A stretch of 64,000 nucleotides of DNA from an uncultured virus (IMG/VR IMGVR_UViG_3300001481_000036) (lineage: Duplodnaviria > Heunggongvirae > Uroviricota > Caudoviricetes), in the IMG/VR virus record IMGVR_UViG_3300001481_000036; one strand, 5' to 3'. The position numbers and the translations under genes were made by a program. The notes beneath the pieces are model-generated. The model saw only the letters and a list, made by a program, of their open reading frames with translations. It made no database searches and had not been told where the DNA came from. Shown here piece after piece: positions 53,086-62,633 of this stretch; the first letter of the stretch is position 1, and each line of letters begins with the position of its first letter.

Positions 53086-54310
53086 TCCAAAGACAAACCA
53101 AAGAGAATTAGCTTATATTGTAGAGGTGGCGGAAACAAAACCCTTAGAGGGATATGACAAGGTACATTATATCAGGATAAATTTATGGTGGGTGGTTGCC
53201 ACAAAGTCTTTAAATACAGGTGATAAAGCCATCTATTTCGAGATAGATTCTTTATTGCCAGAATCGGATAAACGTTTTGCGTTTATGGCTAAAAAGAAAT
53301 TTAGGGTGAAAACACAAAAGATGTGTCGTGTCACTTCTCAAGGATTAGCTTTACCTATAACGGAGTTTCCAGAACTTAAGAATGCAAAAGTCGGAGACTT
53401 CGTTACCGATAAATTGAAAGTCTCTTTATATGAGCCAGAAGTTAAGGATTATAAACCACAATCTAAGGTATCTCCTTTCCAGAAAGCAATGGACAGACAT
53501 AAAACCTTCTTTAGATTCCCACCTGTTAAATTTATGCTTCGCTTTAACTGGTTTCGATCTTTAATGAAAAAAGTCTTTATCCATAAGAAGGATAAGATTG
53601 TTTGGCCAAGTTGGCTACCTAAAACAGGTTCAGAGAGAATCCAGAATCTACCACACTTATTAGACAATTCTACAATAACAGAGGTAGTTGGAGATAATGA
53701 GATTGAGGTAAAGGAAAAATCCCCCATCTCTTATGTATGTAGTGAAAAGGTGGATGGAATGAGTTCCAGTTATATACTGGATGAAAAGAATGTGTATTAT
53801 GTGGGTAGTCACAATGTGATTGTGTATTCCTCTAAGGATAAAGATTCTAAGAATATTGCCGACGGTAATGCGTACATTAAGAATAATATCTGGATGGATA
53901 TGGGGGAGAAATACAATCTTAGAGATAAGTTAAAACAGCTTAAAGAAAAGCGTAAGGTAAAGACTGTGGCTATACAGGGAGAGTCTTACGGGTCTGGTGT
54001 ACAGAAAAGGACATATTCTAAAAAGCATGGGGAGCAGGATTTCGTTGTTTTCCACATTTGGTTTGATGGCAAGCGTATTCCGATGCAGGAAATGACACAT
54101 ATCTGTGATGAAACCTATTTGCCTCATGTAAACATATTTAATTGGGATTATCATTTACCTTCTACGGTTGAGGAGATTATAAAAGACATAGACTCTAAAC
54201 AGTCTGCAATAGATGGCGGGGATATTGAGGGATTTGTCTTTTATTCTCAAGACGGGCAACAGAACTTTAAGTGTGTTTCCCCCAATTATCTAATGAAGTA
54301 TCATGGTTAA
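53078..54310 (+). CDS. ATP-dependent RNA ligase (Rnl2/DRB0094-like) with N-terminal OB domain
   Basis: RELAY...YFEIDSLLP...SQGL N-domain; EKVDGMS motif I, QGE, VFHI, EGFV, FKCVS. Confidence 0.85.
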   Translation: MLNPKTNQRELAYIVEVAETKPLEGYDKVHYIRINLWWVVATKSLNTGDKAIYFEIDSLLPESDKRFAFMAKKKFRVKTQKMCRVTSQGLALPITEFPELKNAKVGDFVTDKLKVSLYEPEVKDYKPQSKVSPFQKAMDRHKTFFRFPPVKFMLRFNWFRSLMKKVFIHKKDKIVWPSWLPKTGSERIQNLPHLLDNSTITEVVGDNEIEVKEKSPISYVCSEKVDGMSSSYILDEKNVYYVGSHNVIVYSSKDKDSKNIADGNAYIKNNIWMDMGEKYNLRDKLKQLKEKRKVKTVAIQGESYGSGVQKRTYSKKHGEQDFVVFHIWFDGKRIPMQEMTHICDETYLPHVNIFNWDYHLPSTVEEIIKDIDSKQSAIDGGDIEGFVFYSQDGQQNFKCVSPNYLMKYHG

Positions 54311-54351
54311 GTTAAATTAACCATAAGGAGACATAAAAAGGAGAAACAGCA

Positions 54352-54864
54352 ATGGAAGTAAAGCGTGAATTAGACTTTGATGATCTGGACAGCTTCTTTT
54401 GGTCTGGTGCTAGAGATCGTTGGAATGATGCAACAGATGATCAAAAAGAGCGTGTATGGGATTTAATCCAAGAAGTCTTTGCAGAGGAAATACCTACGGA
54501 AACAGAGGTAAACGACTTTGTTTGGTTTGAATGCGATGACATCTTTAATGAAAAAGATGAAGATGAGGAAAAGGATGAGTCCAGAAAGGTTGAAGTAAAA
54601 CAGCCTCGTAAACTCCCAAGAAAGAATGCCCGCTGTGAAGCGGTTGATATGAATAAACCTTTATGGGAAGGTTGGTCGGCACAGAATTATGCTGATGAGA
54701 ATGAAAAATTAATGGATATGATCATGTCAGGTCGTACTTGGCGTGACATTCCAAAGACTAAAGCGGAATTAAAAACTACCATAGCTAATGCTTGCCTCCC
54801 AAATGTTCCCAAACTCCAGAGAGCCGTTGTGGATTACTTCGCTAAGAAGTACGGCCTTAGATAA
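54352..54864 (+). CDS. hypothetical protein, candidate head-internal protein
   Basis: AAGGAG RBS; FFWSGA...TEVNDFVWFE domain; acidic linker with DES. Confidence 0.5.
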   Translation: MEVKRELDFDDLDSFFWSGARDRWNDATDDQKERVWDLIQEVFAEEIPTETEVNDFVWFECDDIFNEKDEDEEKDESRKVEVKQPRKLPRKNARCEAVDMNKPLWEGWSAQNYADENEKLMDMIMSGRTWRDIPKTKAELKTTIANACLPNVPKLQRAVVDYFAKKYGLR

Positions 54865-54936
54865 GTTAATTTAACTTTTAAAGGTTGGGTGTGTCACCTA
54901 AATGAAAAATGGGAGACATACTGAGTATAAATATAG

Positions 54937-54967
54937 AGCCGTGACATGACGTTGCGGCTTTTCTTTT
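54937..54967 (+). terminator. rho-independent terminator
   Basis: AGCCGTGAC-atgac-GTTGCGGCT + T tract. Confidence 0.7.
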
Positions 54968-54989
54968 ACCATTCTCAGGACTTGTAACA

Positions 54990-55671
54990 ATGGATTACAC
55001 AAAAGAGTTTGCACCCAATTCTTCTTATGGCATTTTCAATTACCAAACCGATAAGATGGAAGTAATAAGGATAAATTCCAGAAAGGGGGTTTGGGTAAAT
55101 GTAACTCTGAACAATAGGACGTTTGATGTGCGTGTTACAACGATTACCAATCCTAAAGCAGAATCTTTACTAATCGAAAATTATTGCCCAGTTTATTCGT
55201 ATCAAAAGGAGATAGCAAATGAGTACAACTAAAATCGACTACACACAATACCCAGATGCCTCTATTCCTGTTTATTATTCTACTCCTAAAGGATATATCA
55301 CTTATACAGGCCAGATCATTCCACGCCATTGTCAAAGTAAGGTGTATTTAATGACACCTAAAAGGGCGTCTAAGGTATTGGATTTAATACCATACCAAGA
55401 ATACTTAGATGGAGATATAACCAAAGAGGATAAATTTATACATGAAGAATATGGCAAAAAGATGAACTTTACCAAGCTCAATAGAGCTATACAAACATCT
55501 TTACACTTAGAGACAGGAAAAGACAGAGACATCCACACCCTGTTTAATAATCTAATTAAGAACTTTCCATATACGGTTAAAGAGAAGCCTAAGAAGGTAG
55601 TTAAGCAGGAAGCAGAGGAAGCTAGGTTTAAGACAGATTTACAATATCGTTTTGATTTAGACTATGACTAG
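54990..55671 (+). CDS. two hypothetical ORFs (54990-55232, 55219-55671)
   Basis: RBS-bearing + strand ORFs followed by terminator 55672-55708. Confidence 0.5.
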
Positions 55672-55721
55672 AAGAAAAGCCCTATCTATTACGGTAGGGC
55701 TTTTCTTCTATGGAGATAACT

Positions 55722-56279
55722 ATGAGAGTTAAAAAAGAGGTATTTGGTATTGGAAATTCCAATATGGACATAGATCCTAAAGATGTTATAAAACAACTCC
55801 CCACATTGCTTAAAGTGAATAATAAAAAGATTAACCTTGACTGGGAGTTGGATAAATATGGCAAACCAACTATCACATCCAGTCTTTCCATTCCTTTAAG
55901 GGATGGTAAAAAGGGTTCTTGGATTCAACTAATTACAGTATTGTCTTTAGGTCTTAAAGACAAGCTCTTTTCACTAAAGCAGAGGCTTTCAATCGTATTG
56001 GATCATAAAGAGCAAATTAAGCAGGACATCCCCTTATTCATAAATGAGAAATTTAAGTCTTTAAAAGACTTGGTAGATAAGGTTAAAGATTCTCTAACAT
56101 CATTCTCTACCACCAAACTAAAAGATATAATGAAAAAACTAGGTCTTACTAAGGAGTCTTTTACCATGCATTATATGACAGAAAAAGAGGAAGGTGAAAG
56201 GACGGATGTAATTGTAAAGGTGGGGAACAAGTGGCGGATAAAAGGACGCAAAGTACATTTAAAAAGGAGTCCTATATGA
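55722..56279 (+). CDS. hypothetical protein, C-terminus apparently truncated
   Basis: ends VIVKVGNKWRIKGRK, the first half of a module that is complete in 57032-57529. Confidence 0.5.
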   Translation: MRVKKEVFGIGNSNMDIDPKDVIKQLPTLLKVNNKKINLDWELDKYGKPTITSSLSIPLRDGKKGSWIQLITVLSLGLKDKLFSLKQRLSIVLDHKEQIKQDIPLFINEKFKSLKDLVDKVKDSLTSFSTTKLKDIMKKLGLTKESFTMHYMTEKEEGERTDVIVKVGNKWRIKGRKVHLKRSPI

Positions 56280-57022
56280 ATCAGAAAGAATGGAGAAAAG
56301 CTAGATATTCAATAAAAGATGGAGATAGAAATTCTTTCTTTTATTTTAGGAATTTGGCTTCTCAATTATTAGGTTTAAAGAAAGGTTATGTAATACATCA
56401 TTTACGAGATTCTGAAGAAGCTAGGACATTTAATGATACCTATTATGAACGATGGGGAATAGACTTTGATGGTGTTTGTAAATATTGTATTTTAATGACT
56501 GAAGATGAACATAGAAAATATCATTCTTTTTCTGAAGAAACTAGAAAGAAAATTGGAGAATCTAATAGGATTACTAAAGCTAAGAAAGAATATAAGGATA
56601 AAGTATCTGGTAAGAATAATTATATGTATGGAAAAAAGAGAGAGTTTACTGATGATCAGAAAAAAAGAATTAGTGAAAAGAGAAAATTATATCTAGCTGA
56701 TCCTGAACATAGAAAGCAATTAAGTGATAGTAGAATTAGGTATTTTAAAGATCATCCTCTTACAGAGGATCAGAAGAGGACTATATCTGAAAAAACTAGA
56801 GAGGCAATGAAAGATCCTAAGATAAGAGAAAAGTGTAGTAGAGGAGTAAAGGGTAAACCGAGTCATCATAAAGGTAAAACATTATCTGCTGAATCTAGGA
56901 AGAAGATTAGTGAATCGAACTTTTCAAGAGAAGCGTCCCTTCTATATAAAGAATATAAGCGTAATGGTGGATTACTAAACTGGAATAATTGGCAAAAAGC
57001 ACATTATCCAGAGTATGATTAG
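56276..57022 (+). CDS. free-standing HNH-like homing endonuclease with NUMOD3-type repeats
   Basis: YVIHHL...LMTEDEHRKYH; SEETRKKIGE, NYMYGK, KGKTLSAESRKKISE; AAGGAG RBS; very A-rich. Confidence 0.75.
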   Translation: MNQKEWRKARYSIKDGDRNSFFYFRNLASQLLGLKKGYVIHHLRDSEEARTFNDTYYERWGIDFDGVCKYCILMTEDEHRKYHSFSEETRKKIGESNRITKAKKEYKDKVSGKNNYMYGKKREFTDDQKKRISEKRKLYLADPEHRKQLSDSRIRYFKDHPLTEDQKRTISEKTREAMKDPKIREKCSRGVKGKPSHHKGKTLSAESRKKISESNFSREASLLYKEYKRNGGLLNWNNWQKAHYPEYD

Positions 57023-57031
57023 GAGGTTTAT

Positions 57032-57529
57032 ATGATAAAATTAAAAAGATTAGTAGAAAACGATGATACTGGTGTGATAAGGAAGGTAGGAAGTAAATGG
57101 AGGATTCTTAAAAAGAATCGTAAAGATTATTGGAATGCTAAATATGACACCAAAGCTGATGCACAGGCCGCATTAAGAGCATACTGGGCGAACAAGCATG
57201 AATGTCTTAATCAGAATAAACCCATTATACTTGAAGGGTTTAATACCTCTATCGGTAGAGACCTTTTAAAGAGTATTCAAAGTTTCCTAATTAGCATCTT
57301 TGGGCACACTCTTTATTTTGATCATGTCACAGATAATAAAGCAGACCTTTATTATCACGGGGATGAGGTAGCCGAGTTGTTATATGATAATACCACAGAG
57401 GAAGTGGTAATTATGCCAGAGGATAATTCTCTAGCCCCAGTATCATTCTATGATACATCAGAATACGAGATAAAGGATTACCTTTCTGATTTAATCCTTG
57501 GTGATTTAACCCCTCAATATGCCTATTAA
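57032..57529 (+). CDS. hypothetical protein, candidate head-internal protein
   Basis: MIKLKRLVEN leader; IRKVGSKWRI...YDTKADAQAALRAY module. Confidence 0.5.
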   Translation: MIKLKRLVENDDTGVIRKVGSKWRILKKNRKDYWNAKYDTKADAQAALRAYWANKHECLNQNKPIILEGFNTSIGRDLLKSIQSFLISIFGHTLYFDHVTDNKADLYYHGDEVAELLYDNTTEEVVIMPEDNSLAPVSFYDTSEYEIKDYLSDLILGDLTPQYAY

Positions 57530-57534
57530 CCATT

Positions 57535-58137
57535 ATGTTTGATCTCTTTTGTAAAGCAATACTATCAGGAATATTTATCGCCGTGGGCGGAGTGATAAAC
57601 TTGAAAATTGGAGGGCCATTTGGAGCTTTCCTATTTTCTTTTGGTTTACTTTCCGTTGTACATTACTCTTTACCTTTATTCACAGGTAAATCAGGTTTTT
57701 GTAAATATTCCCAAGACTTCAAAACACTACCTTTAATTCTGTTAGGGAATATCGTCGGTACATTCATTATCGGTGTTTGTACGCACCTAGCTTATCCAGA
57801 GTTAATAGAAAAGGCTAATACTATTACTATACACCGTCAAGAAGCAAGTGTCTTTGTAGCCCTGTTTTCATCCTTTATGTGCGGGCTTATAATGACTACG
57901 GTAGTAAAGTTCGCAAGACAAAAGAAATTTATACCACTCTTAGTCGGCGTTCCTTTATTTATCCTAGCGGGGTTTTGGCATTCAATAGCAGATGCTTTTT
58001 ATTATTCTGTCTCATGGGATATTACACCATCTTTTTGGTATATTTACATCATAACCGTACTAGGTAATTTTATAGGTTGTAATACCTACAATTTACTGGT
58101 AAACAAAACATTTAAACTAAAAGAAGAAGGAGAATAA
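57535..58137 (+). CDS. formate/nitrite transporter (FNT) family channel
   Basis: ~6 TM segments; LFSFGL, LFTG, LLGNIVG, CGLIM, HSIAD, LGNFIG. Confidence 0.85.
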   Translation: MFDLFCKAILSGIFIAVGGVINLKIGGPFGAFLFSFGLLSVVHYSLPLFTGKSGFCKYSQDFKTLPLILLGNIVGTFIIGVCTHLAYPELIEKANTITIHRQEASVFVALFSSFMCGLIMTTVVKFARQKKFIPLLVGVPLFILAGFWHSIADAFYYSVSWDITPSFWYIYIITVLGNFIGCNTYNLLVNKTFKLKEEGE

Positions 58138-58139
58138 AC

Positions 58140-58844
58140 ATGGTAAAATTAAAACGGTGCAATGAAATTTCTGATTATGATTCTTGGGTTAAGTATGATT
58201 CCAATCCATATTGGAATGAAGATTGGAGGGAAGATGACGAGGACTCTGATGATTCAGAAGTATTAGTAGAAGCTACGCATACTTCCTCTGCACATTTTTA
58301 TGATTCTTATGTTGATTATACTGATAGTATAGACTTAGAATATAATAATGGTGAGAAAGACAATAGATCTGAAAGTGTTAAAATAAAGTATGTAGATTTA
58401 TTACCTGAGATAAAGGTACTGGATAAGAAAAAACTACAGGATTGGATTTCAAGAATTTCTAAAGGAGAGGAAGAAGGATTACTAGAGGACAATAAAGGTG
58501 GTTTTGATTACATTATATGTAGTTTCTTTAAAGGGATAGTAAAGAGAGGAGTTATTACTAATGAGTACAAATATTCTTGGTATAATGATACCTCTAGTAC
58601 ATGGTTCCATGATGTTGGTTGGACTAAAGCAGACACTTTTGATAAAAATAAAGCTGCTGACATTTTCCTTGTAGATATAATGGATCCCGTTTTTGATAAA
58701 CTTAAAATAGACTTTTCAAACTTAACTTTTGACGATTTCTGTTATTATATAGAATTTGGTCAGGGTAATTTCCATAATCCAGAAGTGACTATAGTAAGTG
58801 AAGCTACTCAAGAAGACTTAGATTATATAGAAAGAATGTCCTAA
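58140..58844 (+). CDS. acidic hypothetical protein, candidate head-internal protein
   Basis: MVKLKRCNE leader, AAGGAG RBS. Confidence 0.5.
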   Translation: MVKLKRCNEISDYDSWVKYDSNPYWNEDWREDDEDSDDSEVLVEATHTSSAHFYDSYVDYTDSIDLEYNNGEKDNRSESVKIKYVDLLPEIKVLDKKKLQDWISRISKGEEEGLLEDNKGGFDYIICSFFKGIVKRGVITNEYKYSWYNDTSSTWFHDVGWTKADTFDKNKAADIFLVDIMDPVFDKLKIDFSNLTFDDFCYYIEFGQGNFHNPEVTIVSEATQEDLDYIERMS

Positions 58845-58951
58845 ATACTATATTTTCTTCTTGATTATATAGAAGAAAATTTTTAGTCTAAGCTATAAAC
58901 AAGTATCTAAAAAATGAACCATGTAGGTATCTAATAAGTGCTAAATTGATG

Positions 58952-58974
58952 AGGCGTCCAAGAGACGCCTTTTT
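58952..58974 (+). terminator. rho-independent terminator
   Basis: AGGCGTC-caaga-GACGCCTTTTT. Confidence 0.75.
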
Positions 58975-59017
58975 GTAACCTATACTATACCTAACTGAAT
59001 GGACAGGGAGTAACATC

Positions 59018-61144
59018 ATGGTTCAGATTCGTAAAAAGACGGGATTGGTGCAAGCATTTGATTCTAATAAAATAATAGAAGCTGTAAAAAAGTCGGCGGA
59101 TAGAGTTAATGTAGAGATGCCACCCACTAAAAATAACCGTCTTATAGAACTTGTCTTAGAAGCTATACAGGATAAGGAGATTATAGATGTTAAAGACCTT
59201 CACAAATATGTTGAATTAGCTTTGGATGAAGTGGATCATGATGTTGCTAAATCATATCGTGAATACCGTAATTATAAAATGCAGTTCGTAAAAATGTTGG
59301 ATGAGGTATATAGAAAGAAATTATCTTTAAATAATACACAGGATGCGTCTAATGCTAATGCTGATTCCGCTTTGGTTACAACACAAAAAGCTATCACTTA
59401 TTCAGAACTGAATGGTGAATTGTATAGAAGATTCTTTTTAACAGATGAAGAAGAAAAAGCTATGAAGGATGGTTATATATACATTCATGATCGTGGATCT
59501 CGTCTGGATGCTAGTAACTGTTGCCTCTTCGATATGAAATCTGTTTTAACAGGTGGCTTTGAAATGGGGAATATGCACTATAATGAGCCTAAAAGTATAG
59601 GTGTTGCATTCTCTGTTATGTTAGATGTTATATTTAATGCAGGATCTAGTCAATATGGTGGCTTCACTGTATCAGAAGTTGATAAGTTACTAGCGCCTTA
59701 TGCAGAAAGGTCTTATAATGAATATATTAAAGAATATGAAAGTATTAAAGGAATGGATGACCTTAAAGGTGCTGATGAGTATGCTACTAAGAAATTAAAA
59801 AGAGAGATTGAACAACATGTACAAGCTATGGAGATGAAGCTAAATTCATGTGAGACCTCTCGTGGCGATTATATCTTTACCTCTATTTCTTTTGGTCTTT
59901 CTAAGGATCGCTTTGGGCAAATAATATCCTCTGCTATACTTAAAGTAAGAAAAGAAGGACAGGGTAAAGATGGTTTTAAACGTCCTGTGTTATTCCCCAA
60001 ACTTACTTTTATGTATGATGAAAATCTACATGGTGAAGGAAAAGAATTAGAGTGGTTATTCTTAGAAGCGGTAGATTGTACTATGAAAGCACAATACCCA
60101 GACTTTCTTTCTATGACAGGTGATGGGTATGCACCTTCTATTTATAAAAAGTATGGTGTTACTATTAGCCGTATGGGATGCAGAGCCAATCTATCCCCGT
60201 GGTATGAGAGAGGTGGTATAGAGCCCGCAGATGAAAATGATAAACCTGTTTATGAGGGTAGGTTTAATATGGGAGCTATCTCATTGAATTTCCCAATGAT
60301 AGTAGCAAAGGCTAAAGAGGAAAGTAAAGATTTCTTTAAAGTATTGGAGTATTACTTAGATCTTTGTCGTAAAATTCATCTTCGCACCTTAGAATATTTC
60401 TCACACAAAAAAGCAGGTATAAATCCATTAGCTTTCTGTCAGGGAGGCTTCTATAAAGGTCATAAAGATCCTGATGAAGAATTAGGAAAAGATTTTCTTA
60501 AACCTTGTACAGTGTCTTTTGGTATTACAGCTCTTAATGAAGCTACAGTAATGTATAATGGTAAATCAATATATAAAGATAAATCAGAGTTTGCATCTCA
60601 GGTTTTACAGTTTATAAATGATTATGCAAATAAGCATAAAAAAGAAGATGGCGTACTATATGCTATTTATGGAACTCCCGCAGAATCATTAGCTTCATTA
60701 CAAGTAAAACAATTCCGTAAAAAGTATGGTGTTATTAAAGGTGTATCTGATAGGGAGTATATGTCAAACTCTTTTCACATGCACGTATCCGAGGATATAA
60801 CCCCAATAGAAAAGCAGGATGCAGAATACAAATGTTTCCATCTTTGTAATGGCGGAAACATAATGTACAATAGGTTTACTTCCGAATATAACAAAGACTC
60901 TTTTGTAGCTTTAATTCGTAGAGCTATGAAACTAGGGTATTACTATGGATGTAATCAATCAAAAGATTATTGTAAAAATTGCGGTAAAGAGTTTATTGAT
61001 TTAGACCAATGTCCTAATTGTGGTAGTGAGGATATTGTGCGTATAGAACGTGTTTGCGGCTACCTAGGGATGTCCAGAGTAGGTGATAAAACAAGAATGA
61101 ATGATGGAAAATTAGCAGAAATAGCAGATAGAAAATCTATGTAA
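59018..61144 (+). CDS. nrdD: anaerobic (class III) ribonucleotide reductase large subunit
   Basis: N-terminal ATP cone, YIHD, NCC, MGCR, TPAES, NSFH, CxxC...CPxC, RVCGYL glycyl-radical motif. Confidence 0.96.
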   Translation: MVQIRKKTGLVQAFDSNKIIEAVKKSADRVNVEMPPTKNNRLIELVLEAIQDKEIIDVKDLHKYVELALDEVDHDVAKSYREYRNYKMQFVKMLDEVYRKKLSLNNTQDASNANADSALVTTQKAITYSELNGELYRRFFLTDEEEKAMKDGYIYIHDRGSRLDASNCCLFDMKSVLTGGFEMGNMHYNEPKSIGVAFSVMLDVIFNAGSSQYGGFTVSEVDKLLAPYAERSYNEYIKEYESIKGMDDLKGADEYATKKLKREIEQHVQAMEMKLNSCETSRGDYIFTSISFGLSKDRFGQIISSAILKVRKEGQGKDGFKRPVLFPKLTFMYDENLHGEGKELEWLFLEAVDCTMKAQYPDFLSMTGDGYAPSIYKKYGVTISRMGCRANLSPWYERGGIEPADENDKPVYEGRFNMGAISLNFPMIVAKAKEESKDFFKVLEYYLDLCRKIHLRTLEYFSHKKAGINPLAFCQGGFYKGHKDPDEELGKDFLKPCTVSFGITALNEATVMYNGKSIYKDKSEFASQVLQFINDYANKHKKEDGVLYAIYGTPAESLASLQVKQFRKKYGVIKGVSDREYMSNSFHMHVSEDITPIEKQDAEYKCFHLCNGGNIMYNRFTSEYNKDSFVALIRRAMKLGYYYGCNQSKDYCKNCGKEFIDLDQCPNCGSEDIVRIERVCGYLGMSRVGDKTRMNDGKLAEIADRKSM

Positions 61145-61157
61145 ATAGGGAGACTTT

Positions 61158-61640
61158 ATGAACTATCATAACATTCTTCATTGTAATGAGAATAATGGTA
61201 CTGGGTTACGTGTAGTATTATTCGTATCTGGCTGTTCTCATAATTGTAAAGGCTGTCATAATCCACAAACACATGATCCTTGTTCTGGAATACCCTTCAC
61301 TGAGGAAGCTAAGAAAGAAATATTCCAAGAATTAGAGCAGGAATGGTGTACTGGATTAACACTAACAGGTGGAGATCCTTTATTCCCTGATAATCGACCT
61401 ATTATTCTTTCCTTAGTAAAAGAAATAAAAGAGAGATTCCCTAATAAAACCATTTGGATTTATACTGGTTATCTTTATGATTCCATTAAAGAATGGCTTG
61501 GAGTAAAGGAAATTCTAAAATACTGCGATGTTATTGTAGATGGCCCATTTATAGAGGAACAAAAAGAATATGGGTTACAATGGCGCGGATCAAAAAATCA
61601 ACGTGTCATAGAATTAAATACAGGTAATTCACTCGTTTAA
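61158..61640 (+). CDS. nrdG: class III RNR activating radical-SAM protein
   Basis: GCSHNCKGCHN, TGGDP, YTGY, VDGPF, RGSKNQR. Confidence 0.96.
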   Translation: MNYHNILHCNENNGTGLRVVLFVSGCSHNCKGCHNPQTHDPCSGIPFTEEAKKEIFQELEQEWCTGLTLTGGDPLFPDNRPIILSLVKEIKERFPNKTIWIYTGYLYDSIKEWLGVKEILKYCDVIVDGPFIEEQKEYGLQWRGSKNQRVIELNTGNSLV

Positions 61641-61652
61641 ATAATCCCCCTA

Positions 61653-61702
61653 AAGGCTAATAACCACCTTTCTAAATAAGATGGTTATTAGCCTTTTCTT
61701 TT
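61653..61702 (+). terminator. rho-independent terminator after nrdG
   Basis: AAGGCTAATAACCA...TGGTTATTAGCCTT + T tract. Confidence 0.85.
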
Positions 61703-61920
61703 ATATGGAGGTATTCATGCAAACATTAAGAAAAAGTGTGGACAAAGACCCGACACACCCATAACACTTATGTTCACACAACGTAGAACAGTACCGATTA
61801 TTAAGGGGTAGAATATATTAACCATCTTATATGATTCTATACTTTCAGTTAATTACCTAAGAATATACACACTATAAAATTCAAGGGTAATTAGAGTATA
61901 GTTTCAGAAAACACTGAAAC

Positions 61921-61960
61921 GACCCAGTGGGAAACCATCTTCCACTGGGTCTTGTTTTTT
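61921..61960 (+). terminator. inverted repeat / terminator
   Basis: GACCCAGTGG...CCACTGGGTC + TTGTTTTT. Confidence 0.7.
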
Positions 61961-62179
61961 ACTCAAAAAACGCCCTCAAACCCGCACCACATCTAAGAAT
62001 CCGAGTGATTTTAAAAATTTGAAAATTTTGATCATTTTTTGTGTTACTATTGCAGGTGGGAGAGATACAGTAGTTCTAGGTAAATATACCTGAAGTATTG
62101 GGGTATTAATCCTGATGAGGTTGAAGGTATAGACAACCTAAAGTTATTCACGTTATAGAGGACTGGGGAGACAGCTTTT

Positions 62180-62563
62180 ATGAGTAATTCAGCAAGAAAA
62201 AAAGAAACAGAATTAAAAACCATTCATACACTTTCTTATGAGGTAATGGATTGTAGAACACATCTTGTGTCAGAGACAGTGGCAACGTATCCTAGTTATG
62301 ATGCTTGTTTAGACAAGTTCTATGCTATACTCAATGAAGCTAAACATGCTAAAATTGATTTGGTTGTTCGTGATGGATTAGGAACGCCTATATTTAGAAC
62401 ATCTCTTTTGGATATGAGTTTTGTTGATAGAGATTTTAAAGGTCAACTCTATAGTGATCCTTATGGTTGGTTTGGCACTCCATCTGTCTATAATGCTGAT
62501 TATAAGGATGCACCTAATAGTGGTTATGAGTTTTACACAAAACCAACTAAACAATGGAGTTAA
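62180..62563 (+). CDS. hypothetical protein
   Basis: 127-aa ORF, GGGGAG RBS. Confidence 0.5.
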   Translation: MSNSARKKETELKTIHTLSYEVMDCRTHLVSETVATYPSYDACLDKFYAILNEAKHAKIDLVVRDGLGTPIFRTSLLDMSFVDRDFKGQLYSDPYGWFGTPSVYNADYKDAPNSGYEFYTKPTKQWS

Positions 62564-62575
62564 TTAATAAGGTAG

Positions 62576-62627
62576 GTGGGTAGTTCACATAAATCCCCAC
62601 AGACCAACTTTACAAAAATTAAAGGAG
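62576..62627 (+). repeat. dispersed element, copy 8
   Basis: GTGGG...AAATCCCCACAGACCAACTTTACAAAAATT-AAAGGAG. Confidence 0.85.
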
Positions 62628-62633
62628 TTAGTT

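Noticed and set aside
54926..54933. T4-type late promoter TATAAATA
   Set aside because: An exact intergenic hit lies just upstream of a terminator; the motif is expected by chance in AT-rich DNA and does not recur before the candidate late genes.
976..61453. Minus-strand ORFs in the track (e.g. 15937-16191, 16441-16881, 36765-37085)
   Set aside because: They are shadows of + strand genes or repeats, without RBS or motifs; the similarity between 15937 and 16441 merely reflects the DNA repeat.
62090..62152. Hammerhead-ribozyme-like core CTGATGA followed by stem GGTTG/CAACC
   Set aside because: The required GAAA reads TAAA (catalytic G12 missing) and stems I and III cannot be formed convincingly; at best a degenerate relic.
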